Source of the DNA: Candidatus Eiseniibacteriota bacterium
Lineage (GTDB): Bacteria; Eisenbacteria; RBG-16-71-46; JABDJR01
Reading direction: 5' to 3'
DNA length: 64,000 nucleotides
NCBI GenBank assembly: GCA_963783375.1
Contig: CAWANH010000003.1
Location: 160,001 to 224,000 of the forward strand
The notes beneath the pieces are model-generated. The model was given only the letters and a program-made list of their open reading frames with translations, was not told the origin of the DNA and did no database searches. How positions within the stretch are numbered: position 1 is the first letter of the stretch; each line of letters opens with the position of its first letter. The position numbers were made by a program, and so were the translations under genes. This document shows, one piece after another, positions 32,445 through 42,666 of this stretch.

Positions 32445-35240
32445 ATGCCTCGTCGTCGTGTCCTTCTATCGGCGATCCTCGTGCTCTCCGCGCTCTCGGT
32501 TCTTCCCCTCGCGGCCCGGTCCACGCCGGCCGGAAGCACGGATCTCCCCCAGCTCGACATCGACTTCTATACCCTTCCGAACGGGCTCCAGGTCATCCTC
32601 TACCAGGATCACTCAACGCCCATCGTGGCGGTCAACACCTGGTACCACGTGGGATCCAAGAACGAGCGGCCGGGCCGGACCGGATTCGCCCACCTCTTCG
32701 AGCACATGATGTTCCAGGGCTCCGAGCACCATGACGACGAGTACTTCGGCCCGCTCCAGTCGGTGGGGGCGCAGCTCAACGGCTCCACCAGCGAGGACCG
32801 CACCAACTACTGGCAGGTGGTTCCGCGAAACCACCTCCAGCGGGTGCTCATGATGGAGTCCGACCGGATGGGGTGGCTCCTCCCGGCCATGACCGAGGAG
32901 AAGTTCAAGAACCAGCAGGACGTGGTGCGGAACGAGCGCCGCCAGAGCGAGGGCCGCCCCTACGCGGTCTATCGGTTGAACGCCAACCAGGCCATCTTTC
33001 CCAAGGGACATCCCTACGATCACAGCGTGATCGGCTCCCACGAGGACCTCGAGGCCGCCTCCCTGGAGGACGTGAAGGACTTCTTCCGCACCTATTACAC
33101 GCCGAACAACGCGACCCTCTGCATCGCCGGCGATTTCGATCCCGACCGCACCAGGAAGTGGATCGAGGAATACTACGGGGAGATTCCCCCGGGTCCGCCG
33201 ATCGCGGAGACCGAGGTCTGGGTGCCCACCCTCGACCACGAGAAGCGGGTGCGGCTCGAGGACCGGGTCCAGCTCACCCGCCTCTACTACGTCTGGCCCT
33301 CGGCCGCCGCGTATCGCTCCGGGGACGCCGAGCTGAACCTGGCCGCCACCATCCTCGGCCGGGGGAAGACCAGCCGCCTCTACCGCCGCCTGGTTCACGA
33401 CACCCGGCTCGCCCAGGACGTCTACGCCCGCCAGGACCCCGGCCAGGTGTGCTCGACCTTCAACCTCCAGATCACCCTCCGCCCCGAGGCCACGGTGGCC
33501 GGGGTGGAGAAGATCCTCGACGAGGAGCTGGCCCGCTTCCGCGCCGACGGCCCCACCGCCGGCGAACTCTCCCGGGCGCAGAACGACTTCGAGGCCTCGT
33601 TCTTGAAGGGGCTCCAGCGGGTGGGCTCGTGGGGATCGATCAGCGATCGGTTGAACCGATACAACCACTACACCGGCTCCCCGGACTACCTCCAGAAGGA
33701 CTACGACCGCTTCATGAACGCGACCCCGGCCTCGGTGCGCGCGGCCTTCGCGGAATGGGTCGGCGCCGGCCGGGTGGTGTTCCAGGTGGACCCGCGCGGG
33801 AAGCTCGCCGCCGAGGCCCCCTCCGGGGTGGACCGCGTTACCCTGCCCGCCGGCGACCCCGATCCGAAGCTGGAGCTTCCGCCGGTGGAGCGGGCGTCCC
33901 TCCCCAACGGACTCGATCTCATGGTGATGGAGCAGCACGAGCTTCCACTGGTCCAGGTCGAGGTGCTCTTCCGCTCCGGGCCGAGCAGCGACCCGGAAGG
34001 TAAGAGCGGCCTGGCCGATCTCACCGGAAACCTCCTCACCGCCGGCGCCGGGAAGCTCGACGCCTTCGCCTTCGCCGACGCCCTGGAACGGCTCGGCACC
34101 GATCTCTCGGTCCGGACCGAACCCGACTACACCATGATCTCGATGACCACGCTCAAGAAGCACCTGGACGCGTCGATGGGTCTTCTCGCCGATGCGATCC
34201 TCCGCGCCTCCTTCACCGCGGACGAGTTCAAGCGGGAGAAGGAGCGCCGCCTCCTCAACATCCGGCGCGAAGCGGAAGACCCCAACACCACCGCGAGCAA
34301 GGTGGCGGCGAGGGTCCTGTTCGGCGACGGCCACCCCTACAGCCGGCGATCGACCGGCACCGAGGCCTCGGTGGAGGCGATCACCCTGGACGACGTGAAG
34401 CACTTCGCCCAAACCCATTACACGCCGGCCAATGCCGTATTGATCGGCGTAGGGGACCTCACCGCCGCGGAGATGAAGGAGAGCGCCTCGCATTTCCTGG
34501 GCGCGTGGTCCGGCGACGCGCCGCCGGCCCCCGTCTTCCCCGAGATCCCCGCCCGCACCGGGAGGGAGGTCTACCTGGTGGACAAGCCCGGGGACTCCCA
34601 GTCCACCATCCGCGTGGTCCACGCCGGGGTGGCGCGAGACGACGCCGACTGGTACCGGATCGCGGTGGCCAACCGCATCCTGGGCGGGTTCTTCTCCAGC
34701 CGGCTGAACCTGAACCTCCGCGAGGACAAGGGCTATACCTACGGGGCACGCTCCCGCTTCGGGCGGACGGTGAACCCCGGCGGCTTCACCATGTCGGCCC
34801 GGGTCCAGACCGAGGTCACCGCCCCCGCCCTCACCGAGTTCGTGAAGGAGCTGGACGGCATCCACGGCGCCCGGCCGGTGACCGCCGACGAGCTGGCCTT
34901 CGCCGAGAACTCGATCGTCCTGGGCTACCCCGCCGCCTTCGAGACCAACGCCGGCCTCGCCGACGCGTTGACCCGCCAGGTGGCCTACGGCCTTCCCGAG
35001 GACGAACCCGCCACCTACCCCGACCGCGTCCGCGCGGTGACCCTGGACGACGCGAACGCGGCGGGACGCGAGTACTTCCGCCCCGACCAGGCGGCCATCG
35101 TGGTGGTCGGGGACCTGGCCAGGATCGAGGACTCGGTGCGGGCCCTGAATCTCGGACCGATCCATCATCTCGACGCGGACGGAAACGAGCTGGACGGCGG
35201 GGAGGGCGGCTCGGAGGGGAATCCAGGGGCCCGGGACTAG
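32445..35240 (+). CDS. Secreted M16-family zinc metallopeptidase (PqqL-like, four domains)
   Basis: Signal peptide, inverted zinc motif HLFEH, NGSTSEDRTNY and SRLNLNLREDKGYTYG. Confidence 0.93.
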   Translation: MPRRRVLLSAILVLSALSVLPLAARSTPAGSTDLPQLDIDFYTLPNGLQVILYQDHSTPIVAVNTWYHVGSKNERPGRTGFAHLFEHMMFQGSEHHDDEYFGPLQSVGAQLNGSTSEDRTNYWQVVPRNHLQRVLMMESDRMGWLLPAMTEEKFKNQQDVVRNERRQSEGRPYAVYRLNANQAIFPKGHPYDHSVIGSHEDLEAASLEDVKDFFRTYYTPNNATLCIAGDFDPDRTRKWIEEYYGEIPPGPPIAETEVWVPTLDHEKRVRLEDRVQLTRLYYVWPSAAAYRSGDAELNLAATILGRGKTSRLYRRLVHDTRLAQDVYARQDPGQVCSTFNLQITLRPEATVAGVEKILDEELARFRADGPTAGELSRAQNDFEASFLKGLQRVGSWGSISDRLNRYNHYTGSPDYLQKDYDRFMNATPASVRAAFAEWVGAGRVVFQVDPRGKLAAEAPSGVDRVTLPAGDPDPKLELPPVERASLPNGLDLMVMEQHELPLVQVEVLFRSGPSSDPEGKSGLADLTGNLLTAGAGKLDAFAFADALERLGTDLSVRTEPDYTMISMTTLKKHLDASMGLLADAILRASFTADEFKREKERRLLNIRREAEDPNTTASKVAARVLFGDGHPYSRRSTGTEASVEAITLDDVKHFAQTHYTPANAVLIGVGDLTAAEMKESASHFLGAWSGDAPPAPVFPEIPARTGREVYLVDKPGDSQSTIRVVHAGVARDDADWYRIAVANRILGGFFSSRLNLNLREDKGYTYGARSRFGRTVNPGGFTMSARVQTEVTAPALTEFVKELDGIHGARPVTADELAFAENSIVLGYPAAFETNAGLADALTRQVAYGLPEDEPATYPDRVRAVTLDDANAAGREYFRPDQAAIVVVGDLARIEDSVRALNLGPIHHLDADGNELDGGEGGSEGNPGARD

Positions 35241-35411
35241 ACCGACCCTAGACCGACCCGTGCTGCGGTCCAGGGGCGGCCGGGATGCCGTCCCGGAGGG
35301 CTGACCGAGAGCGCGTCGATGATCTCGGCGATCCCGCCCGGGTAGCCCAAGGTCGGCGGCATCGCCTCCGTCCGCTCGACCCACGGCGGCCGGGCTCTTG
35401 CCGGACCTCTG

Positions 35412-35981
35412 CTACTGGCCCGGCTCCGCCGGGGTCTCCGCCCCGCCGGCGTCGTCACCGGGGACGGGGTAGTCGTGCCACTCCTCGATCACCCAGCGCG
35501 ACCCGGGTTTCTTCCCCCCCACCGGAGCCATGACCAGCTCCTGGCGGTTCAGGGTGACCTTCATCGGTTCCTTGTTCCGGACCACCACCGTCATCTCGCC
35601 GCCGGCGATCGGGACCACCATCCAGCCCTGGTGGTCGGGGTCGGGATGGGCCGGGCCCGCCTCCAGGCTGTAGGAGAGGCTCTCCACGTCCTGGGTCTTG
35701 TAGAGGTTGCTGGTGGCCACCACCTCCTCTTCCTTCCCCCAGCCCAGGACGTCGGCGGAATCGGCTCCGGCGGGCTCGAAGTAATAGCGGAAGTCGTCGG
35801 CCAGGAGCGAGGCGTAGAGGCTGTCGTCGCGGGTCTGGTAGGCGTGCATGATGCCATCCACCACCTTCTCAGGGGAGGAGGCCCAGGCCGCCTCGGGATC
35901 GGCGGGTTGCTTCTCGCTCTTCTTGCCGCACCCCACGACCAGGAGGGCCGCACCCAGGAATAAGATGACCCATCGCTTCAT
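35412..35981 (-). CDS. Lipoprotein, possibly NTF2-like fold
   Basis: MKRWVILFLGAALLVVGC lipobox, YASLLADDFRYYF and WVIEEWHD. The ATG overlaps the rdgB stop. Confidence 0.75.
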   Translation of the reverse strand: MKRWVILFLGAALLVVGCGKKSEKQPADPEAAWASSPEKVVDGIMHAYQTRDDSLYASLLADDFRYYFEPAGADSADVLGWGKEEEVVATSNLYKTQDVESLSYSLEAGPAHPDPDHQGWMVVPIAGGEMTVVVRNKEPMKVTLNRQELVMAPVGGKKPGSRWVIEEWHDYPVPGDDAGGAETPAEPGQ

Positions 35982-36592
35982 GGACGTTCCTTTTCGGCCG
36001 ACCCGGCCAGGTAACCCCGGAGCGCGGTCAGGGCCCGCCCGCGGTGGCTCAACCCGTGCTTTTCCTCCGCGCTCATCTCGGCGAAGGTCCGCCCCGTCTC
36101 GTCCGCTTCGAAGAGGGGATCGTAACCGAATCCCCCCGTCCCCCGCTTTCCGGTGGTGATGTGGCCGCGGACCGAACCCTCGAAGACCCGCTCCGCCCCC
36201 CCGGGGTGGACCAGGGCGATCGCGCACCGAAAGGCCGCCCCCCGCCGCTCCCGGGGCACCCCCTCCAGCGCGGCCAAGAGTTTAACGCAATTGGCCGCCG
36301 AATCCCCCTCCGGACCGGCGTAGCGGGCGCTCCGGACCCCCGGGAGCCCCCCCAGGGCGTCCACGAAGAGCCCGGTGTCGTCGGCCAGGGTGGGCAGCCC
36401 CCCGGCCTTCGCCCCCGCCCGGGCCTTCTCGAGGGCGTTGGCCTCCAGGGTCTCCCCGTCCTCCTCCACCCCGGCCGGCCACCCGACCTCCGAGGGAGAG
36501 ACCACCTCGATCCCGGTTCCGGCCAGGATCTGGCGGATTTCCTCCAGCTTGTGCCGGTTTCCGGTGGCGGCCAGGATCCGCGCGATCCGCAC
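35978..36592 (-). CDS. rdgB: dITP/XTP pyrophosphatase
   Basis: ATGNRHKLEE, ADDTGL, PGVRSARY, GFGYDP and SHRG. Confidence 0.95.
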   Translation of the reverse strand: MRIARILAATGNRHKLEEIRQILAGTGIEVVSPSEVGWPAGVEEDGETLEANALEKARAGAKAGGLPTLADDTGLFVDALGGLPGVRSARYAGPEGDSAANCVKLLAALEGVPRERRGAAFRCAIALVHPGGAERVFEGSVRGHITTGKRGTGGFGYDPLFEADETGRTFAEMSAEEKHGLSHRGRALTALRGYLAGSAEKERP

Positions 36593-36597
36593 CCGGC

Positions 36598-37335
36598 CTA
36601 GCCCCGCGGCTCGCCCGGGATCCCCAGGGCCTCGCACTGGAGCCGGTAGAGATCCCGGCAGCCCGCCCCGGCCAGATCCAGCATGCGATCCAGGGCCTCC
36701 CGGTCGAAGGGCAGCCCCTCGGCCGTTCCCTGCACCTCCACGAAGCGGCCGGCCCCGGTCTGGACCACGTTCAGGTCCACGTCGGCCCGGGAGTCCTCCT
36801 CGTAGCAGAGATCGAGAACCACATCGGACTTCAACATCCCCACGCTCACCGCCGAGACCAGGTCCCGCATGGGATGGTAGGGGATCTTCTCCTGGTTCAC
36901 CAACCAGGTGAACGCCTGGTGCAGGGCCACGCAGGCCCCGGTCACCGAGGCCGTCCGGGTCCCCCCGTCCGCCTCGATCACGTCGCAGTCCAGGATCACC
37001 GTGCGGTCGCCCACGCTCTTCAAATCGGTCACCGCCCGGAGCGAGCGTCCGATCATGCGCTGGATCTCCAGGGTCCGCCCGCCCTGGCGCCCCTTGGCGG
37101 CTTCGCGTTGCATGCGATCGGTGGTGGAGCGGGGAAGCATGCCATACTCCGCAGTCACCCATCCCCGCCCGGAGCCCTTCAGGAACATCGGCACCCGTTC
37201 GTCCACCGAGGCCGCGCACACCACTACCGTGTCCCCCACCGTGATCCGCGCCGAGCCCTCGGCGTTCCGGAGCACCCCGGTCTCGATCCGGGTGGGGCGG
37301 AGCTGGTCGGCCGTTCTTCCGTCGCTTCGGGTCAT
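36598..37335 (-). CDS. rph: Ribonuclease PH
   Basis: GWVTAEYGMLPRST, GRTLEIQRMIGRSLR, ADGGTRTAS and EVQGTAE. Confidence 0.96.
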   Translation of the reverse strand: MTRSDGRTADQLRPTRIETGVLRNAEGSARITVGDTVVVCAASVDERVPMFLKGSGRGWVTAEYGMLPRSTTDRMQREAAKGRQGGRTLEIQRMIGRSLRAVTDLKSVGDRTVILDCDVIEADGGTRTASVTGACVALHQAFTWLVNQEKIPYHPMRDLVSAVSVGMLKSDVVLDLCYEEDSRADVDLNVVQTGAGRFVEVQGTAEGLPFDREALDRMLDLAGAGCRDLYRLQCEALGIPGEPRG

Positions 37336-38258
37336 GGTGTCTCCTCCTCGGAGGCGCCGGTCGCCCCGCGTTGGTTGTCGGCGGCTCCGCGGGGAACCTC
37401 GTCCGCCGGGCGGCCGTTCTCCGCCGCCGGCCGGTCGTACCACGGAATGTCGGACTGGTTGACCGGCTCCACCCGGCCGAGAATGGCCTCGCCCAGGAAG
37501 CGGCGCCCCTCGGCGTGGAATCGCTCCGGCTGATCGCTCACGAAGAACCGGTGCCGCGCCGGGGTCTCGGTGGGCGGCGCGAGAAGATCCAGACCGGCGA
37601 GGTGGGCGGAAACCTCCTCGGCCACCGCCTCCCCCGAATCGATCAGGCTCACCCCCTCCCCCATCACCTCGCCGATCACGCGCCGGAGCAGCGGGTAGTG
37701 GGTGCAGCCCAGGATCACGCTGTCCACCCCGGCGTCGCGAAGGGGGGCCAGGTACTCCTCGGCCACCCGGCGGGTCACCGGGTGATCGATCCAGCCCTCC
37801 TCCACCAGCGGCACGAAGAGCGGGCAGGCGGCCGAGGTCACCGTCACGTCCGGACGCCGGCGGGCCAGGGCGGCATCGTAGCATCCGGAGCCGACGGTGG
37901 CCCGGGTGCCGATCACCCCCACGCGTCCGTTCCGGGTGGTCTCGACCGCGCGCGCGGCGCCGGCCTCCACCACCCCCAGAACCGGCACCGAGGCCTCGGC
38001 GATGAGCGCGTCCAGGGCCAGGGCCGACGCGCTGTTGCAGGCCACCACCAATGCCTTGATCCCGAAGTGCTGGAGGAAGCGCAGGGCCTCCACCGAGAGC
38101 CGGGTCACCGTGGACTTGGACTTGTTCCCGTAGGGGAGCCGGGCGGTGTCCCCGAAGTAGATCAGCCGCTCGGCGGGCAGATGCCGGGCCAGGGCGTGAA
38201 CCACGGTGAGCCCGCCCAGGCCCGAGTCGAACACCCCCAGCGGGGAGCCGGCTACCAC
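37332..38258 (-). CDS. murI: Glutamate racemase
   Basis: FDSGLGGLTV, VACNSAS and LGCTHYP. Confidence 0.96.
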   Translation of the reverse strand: MVAGSPLGVFDSGLGGLTVVHALARHLPAERLIYFGDTARLPYGNKSKSTVTRLSVEALRFLQHFGIKALVVACNSASALALDALIAEASVPVLGVVEAGAARAVETTRNGRVGVIGTRATVGSGCYDAALARRRPDVTVTSAACPLFVPLVEEGWIDHPVTRRVAEEYLAPLRDAGVDSVILGCTHYPLLRRVIGEVMGEGVSLIDSGEAVAEEVSAHLAGLDLLAPPTETPARHRFFVSDQPERFHAEGRRFLGEAILGRVEPVNQSDIPWYDRPAAENGRPADEVPRGAADNQRGATGASEEETP

Positions 38259-38803
38259 GCGTTCACCTCCAGCACCGGCCCCGGGCGCAGGTGCTCGCCC
38301 CACCGGTCCAGGGGCTGGCCGTTCACCAGGAGCCGGATGCGCTCCACCCCGCCCAGGCTCTCGGCCAGGGTGCGGGTCAGGGCCGATAGCTTCAGCCGCT
38401 CCTCCAGGATCCCGACCGCCCGGACATCCCGGATCGCCTGGTCGAAGTCCAGCACCGCCTCGCCGTTTCCGTCCTCGAAGAAGTGGAGGAGTTTCACTCC
38501 CTCGGGAAGCGCGGGCCGGGTCCCCTCCCCCGGCTCCGACAGGAACGCCACCAGTTCCTCGGCCAGGGCCTTCCGGTCCGATCCGGAGAGCACCTCCCGC
38601 TCGCGGGGGGCCAGGCTTAGGGAGTCGGGATCCAGGTAGTACACGGTCACCGCCTGAAGGGCGGCTCCCCGCTCGCTCAGATCGAGGCGATAACGCAGGC
38701 TCTGGGGTTCCCGGATGAGACGCACGCTCACGAAGAGCGCCACCGCGGCGATCACCACCGCCGCGCTTCCCGCGATCCACCAGGCGCGCCGGGAGAGCTT
38801 CAC
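38252..38803 (-). CDS. GerMN-domain membrane-anchored protein
   Basis: N-terminal TM, LPEGVKLL...AVLDF, ALTRTL and RIRLLVNG, in the classic position between amidase and murI. Confidence 0.82.
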   Translation of the reverse strand: MKLSRRAWWIAGSAAVVIAAVALFVSVRLIREPQSLRYRLDLSERGAALQAVTVYYLDPDSLSLAPREREVLSGSDRKALAEELVAFLSEPGEGTRPALPEGVKLLHFFEDGNGEAVLDFDQAIRDVRAVGILEERLKLSALTRTLAESLGGVERIRLLVNGQPLDRWGEHLRPGPVLEVNAW

Positions 38804-40263
38804 CGCCCCTCCTCCCCGGAGAGGAGGTAGAGCCGGAGCCCCTCCACGATCCCGTCCGCGGCCCGGTCGAGCATCTGGTCGTTCACGGGCGCGTCGCCGT
38901 CCCCCATCCCCAGTTCAAGGAGCACGGCCGGCATGGTCGCCCCCTGGAGCTGGGCCAGATCCTCGGCCCGCACCCCTTCCACGTCCTGGTCCAGCCGTCC
39001 GGCCACCGCGTCGACCACGGTCCGGGCGAGAAGACGGCTCGAGGCGATGTAGGGGACCTGGCCGGAGGCGAAGGAGTGGAAGCCCAGGGTGGCCAGCTCC
39101 GGCGGCACCGTCCCTTCCCGCCGCTCCAGATCGGCCACGAAGGCCGCGGGTCCCCCGGGCCGGTCGTGAATGTGGATGGAGAGAAGCACGTCGGCGTGAT
39201 TCCGGTCGGCGATCCCCGCCCGCGCCGCCGCGTTGGGGTCGGTGGTCTCGTCCCGGGTGAGGACCGGGTCCACTCCCAGATCCTCGCGGAGCCTCGCCGC
39301 CACGCGAAGGCACAGGTCGTAGGTCAGCTCGGCCTCGGTCTTGTCGCCGATCCGCGCCCCCGGGTCCCCGGCGCCGTGCCCGGGGTCCAGAGCGGCCACC
39401 CGGAGCGAGACGGGGACCAGATTCCGGGCGGTGGAGAACGGCCGGAGCGTCCCCTCGCGGAGATCGCGCTCGTCGGTGCCCAGGAACACGTGCAGGGTCC
39501 GGTCGTTGGGCGTGGAGATCCGGTAGCCCACCGCGCCGCTTCCCGGCGAGAAGCTCACCTCGAGGCCGTCGGGGAGGTTCCGGATGCGAAGCCCCTGGAA
39601 CCACTCGTGCTCGCTGGGGAGCGGGTAGAGAAGTGGGTCGTACTCCAGGCCGCCGATCCGGAGCACGAACGAGGCGCGCTCGGACCGGGTGAGATCGTAG
39701 CGGATGGGTACATCGGCGCTCAGGGAGAGCCGGAAGCCGTCGGGGACGGGATCGATCCTCGCCCCGCTCACCACCCCCTCGTGCTTGGAGGCGGAGAGCC
39801 GGTTCCGCTCCCGGGAGTAGAAGAGCGGGAGCTCCACCCAGGGCCGGGGGCGGCCGTCCTCGGCCACCAGGAGATCCAGGGGGAGCATCATGCGCCCTTC
39901 CCACAGGAAGGCGGCCCCGGGAAGATGGATCAGATGGTCCCCGTCCACCACCGCGATATCGGAGCCGTCGGTCACCGCCACCTCGTGGCGGGGAAGGCCG
40001 AGGGTCAGCCGCCCCAGCTCGGGCCGCCAGTACTGAACCGCGTCCAGGAGCACGGCCAGGTCGGTGCCCGAGAGGTAGATCGCCCCGTCCCGTTCCCATC
40101 CGGTGGCCATCCGGGGCGCCCCTCGGACCGGGATGAGCTGGAGCGGGACGGGAATGGACCCGGGAGGCGGTTCGGCGGACGCGCGTCCGGAGAAGAGACC
40201 CAGCGCCAGGGCGATCAGCCAGGCGCCGAGCGTGATCCTGCCGAGGCTCCCGGGCCGCCTCAC
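38800..40263 (-). CDS. N-acetylmuramoyl-L-alanine amidase (Amidase_3)
   Basis: Signal peptide, LDPGHG...E, LTR, LSIH and MPAVLLELG. Confidence 0.88.
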   Translation of the reverse strand: MRRPGSLGRITLGAWLIALALGLFSGRASAEPPPGSIPVPLQLIPVRGAPRMATGWERDGAIYLSGTDLAVLLDAVQYWRPELGRLTLGLPRHEVAVTDGSDIAVVDGDHLIHLPGAAFLWEGRMMLPLDLLVAEDGRPRPWVELPLFYSRERNRLSASKHEGVVSGARIDPVPDGFRLSLSADVPIRYDLTRSERASFVLRIGGLEYDPLLYPLPSEHEWFQGLRIRNLPDGLEVSFSPGSGAVGYRISTPNDRTLHVFLGTDERDLREGTLRPFSTARNLVPVSLRVAALDPGHGAGDPGARIGDKTEAELTYDLCLRVAARLREDLGVDPVLTRDETTDPNAAARAGIADRNHADVLLSIHIHDRPGGPAAFVADLERREGTVPPELATLGFHSFASGQVPYIASSRLLARTVVDAVAGRLDQDVEGVRAEDLAQLQGATMPAVLLELGMGDGDAPVNDQMLDRAADGIVEGLRLYLLSGEEGR

Positions 40264-40763
40264 TGCCGCTTCCGACTCATGGCGCGCGCCATTTCCCGCT
40301 CGGCGTCCCGCTTGGCCATGTCTTCACGCTTGTCGTGAGCCTTCTTTCCCTTGGCCAGACCCATCTCCACCTTGGCCCACCCGCCGCGGAAGTAGATGCG
40401 GAGCGGGATCAGGGTCAGCCCCTTCTCCTTGATCTTCCCGATCAGGCGGCGGATCTCGCGGCGGGAAAGGAGGAGCTTTCGCCGGCGGAGCGGTTCGTGG
40501 TTGGCCCGGTTTCCATGATCGTAGGGGCTCACGTGCAGGTTCAGGAGCCAGACCTCCCCGTCCTCGACGGTCGCGTAGGCGTCTCCGAGGTTGGCCTTGC
40601 CGTTCCGGAGCGACTTGACCTCGGTCCCGGTCAACACCAGTCCCGCCTCCACCGTCTCCAGGATGTGATAGAGGTGCCTCGCCTTGCGGTTCTGGGCCAC
40701 ATTCTTGATCTCGCCCTTGGTTCCGGGACCGGGGGTCCGGGGACCGGACGGCTTCTCTGCCAC
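40260..40763 (-). CDS. smpB: SsrA-binding protein
   Basis: NRKARHLY, EAGLVLTGTEVKSLR, RKLLL and GKKAHDKRE. Confidence 0.96.
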   Translation of the reverse strand: MAEKPSGPRTPGPGTKGEIKNVAQNRKARHLYHILETVEAGLVLTGTEVKSLRNGKANLGDAYATVEDGEVWLLNLHVSPYDHGNRANHEPLRRRKLLLSRREIRRLIGKIKEKGLTLIPLRIYFRGGWAKVEMGLAKGKKAHDKREDMAKRDAEREMARAMSRKRQ

Positions 40764-40866
40764 GGTGTGCCTCTCTCCGGCAATCTGGTGGAGCCCGGGA
40801 TCCGGAGGCCGCCGCGGACTCCCGGGAACGGGCGGGGCGGATCCCCGGGTCCGGCCCGGACGGAAA

Positions 40867-40895
40867 ACCTTACCGGTCGCCGGGAGCGGGGGCAA
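40867..40895 (-). promoter_or_regulatory. sigma70 promoter of the smpB operon
   Basis: TTGCCC-17 nt-TAAGGT. Confidence 0.45.
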
Positions 40896-40994
40896 GCGGG
40901 CGGTTTTTTCGGGATTTGGCCGGTTCGACCCCCCGGAGTCCGGCCCGGGGGCGACAATCCGCCCCCACCGACGGTCCCCGGCGGCTCCCGAGGA

Positions 40995-41023
40995 TTGACA
41001 CCCGTCCCCGCAGAGGATACGCT
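40995..41023 (+). promoter_or_regulatory. sigma70 promoter of tRNA-Leu
   Basis: TTGACA-17 nt-TACGCT. Confidence 0.65.
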
Positions 41024-41046
41024 CCGTCGTCCCTGATTGATTGGCA

Positions 41047-41133
41047 GCGGAAGTGGCGGAATTGGTAGACGCGCTGGGTTCAGGGTCCAGTGGTGGCAAC
41101 GCCGTGGGGGTTCAAATCCCCCCTTCCGCACCA
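41047..41133 (+). tRNA. tRNA-Leu(CAG)
   Basis: Anticodon arm ctggg-ttCAGgg-tccag, long variable arm and encoded CCA. Confidence 0.96.
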
Positions 41134-41190
41134 TCATCACCCCTCGTCCATCCGGGGACGCCCCGCTCCGGAAACTGCCCGGCGCCCGAA

Positions 41191-42657
41191 TTGAAACGAA
41201 CCCATCGCCCCCTCACCGTAGCCGCCCTCCTGCTCGGCATGTTCATGGCCGCGGTGGAATTGACCATCGTCTCCACCGCCATGCCTTCGGTAATCGGGGA
41301 CCTCGGCGGCATCCGCCACTACTCCTGGGTCTTCACCGGATACCTCCTGGCCTCGACCCTGACCGTCCCCCTCTACGGGAAGCTGGCCGACCTCTACGGC
41401 CGGAAACCCATCATGCTATTCGGAACCGCCCTGTTCCTGATCGGTTCCACCGCCAGCGGCTTGTCCGGTTCCATGAATCAGCTCATCGTATCCCGGACGA
41501 TCCAGGGGCTCGGCGCGGGGGCCATGCAGCCGGTGGCGCTCACCATCGTCGGGGACATCTTCAACCTGGAGGAGCGCGCCCGCATGCAGGGGCTCTTCGG
41601 CGCGGTGTGGGGACTGGCCGGGCTGGTGGGCCCGGTGCTGGGGGGCCTGATCGTGAAGACCCTGTCCTGGCACTGGGTCTTCTTCGTGAACATCCCCTTC
41701 GGACTTTCCTCGGCGGCGCTGCTGGTGATCGCCCTCCACGAGAACGTGGAGCGACGGCGCCACGCGCTGGACCTGGGAGGGGCGGGGCTCCTGGCCGGAG
41801 CGGTGGTGGCGCTCCTTCTCGGATCGGGCTCCCGGGACCTGGTGCTTCCGCTCGCCGTCGCCGGGGTGTTCTTCGCGCTCTTCATCGCGGTGGAGCGGCG
41901 GGTGGCCGAACCGATCCTGCCGCTGGACCTCTTCCGCCTCCCGGTGATGGCGGTGGGGAGCCTGGCCGGAATCCTGGTCGGGGGGGCGATGCTGGCCGCG
42001 GTTACCTACGTTCCCCTCTTCGTCCAGGGGGTGCTCAAGGGCTCCCCCACCCAGGCCGGAAGCGCCATCACCCCGATGGTGATCGGCTGGCCGATCGCCA
42101 GCGCGCTCGGAGGCCGGGTGCTTCCCCGGGTGGGCTACCGCCCGCTCATCTGGCTCGGTTTGACCCTGTCCCTGGGGGGTTCGATCGGTCTGGCGCTCAC
42201 CACCCGGCCGGGCATGGGGCTCACGGGAGTCCGCTGGTCCATGGCCGCCTTCGGGGCGGGCCTCGGCTTCGCCAACACCGCGCTCCTGATCGCGGTCCAG
42301 ACCAGCGTGGCCTGGAAGCAGCGCGGGGTGGCCACCGCCAGCACCATGTTCTTCCGGAGCATCGGGGGGGCGCTGGCCATCGGGGTCACCGGCGGAGTGC
42401 TGGCCCGGGCCCTGGCCGCCGATCCCTCGATCCCCGTCGAGGCGGCGAACCGGCTCCTTGGTCCGGGCCACGGGCGGACCCTCTCCCCCGACGTCCTGCA
42501 TCGCCTGGCCGAGGCCCTGACCCACGGCCTCGACCGCGTCTTCTGGATCATCTGCGGCCTGGCCGCCGGCGCCCTCATCTCGACCTTCTTCTTCCCCAAG
42601 CTCTCGACGCGGATGGAGGAGGACGTGACCCCCGTCGCCGCCGCTCCGGCCGAGTGA
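41191..42657 (+). CDS. MFS drug efflux transporter (DHA2/EmrB-QacA-like)
   Basis: TIVSTAMP, WVFTGYLL, GKLADLYGRK, RTIQGLG and WVFFVNIP. TTG start inferred. Confidence 0.92.
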   Translation: MKRTHRPLTVAALLLGMFMAAVELTIVSTAMPSVIGDLGGIRHYSWVFTGYLLASTLTVPLYGKLADLYGRKPIMLFGTALFLIGSTASGLSGSMNQLIVSRTIQGLGAGAMQPVALTIVGDIFNLEERARMQGLFGAVWGLAGLVGPVLGGLIVKTLSWHWVFFVNIPFGLSSAALLVIALHENVERRRHALDLGGAGLLAGAVVALLLGSGSRDLVLPLAVAGVFFALFIAVERRVAEPILPLDLFRLPVMAVGSLAGILVGGAMLAAVTYVPLFVQGVLKGSPTQAGSAITPMVIGWPIASALGGRVLPRVGYRPLIWLGLTLSLGGSIGLALTTRPGMGLTGVRWSMAAFGAGLGFANTALLIAVQTSVAWKQRGVATASTMFFRSIGGALAIGVTGGVLARALAADPSIPVEAANRLLGPGHGRTLSPDVLHRLAEALTHGLDRVFWIICGLAAGALISTFFFPKLSTRMEEDVTPVAAAPAE

Positions 42658-42666
42658 CCGCCGGCC

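Noticed and set aside
41037-41190. N-terminal extension of the MFS ORF through tRNA-Leu
   Set aside because: It overlaps a clear tRNA, and MFS similarity begins near the TTG at 41191.
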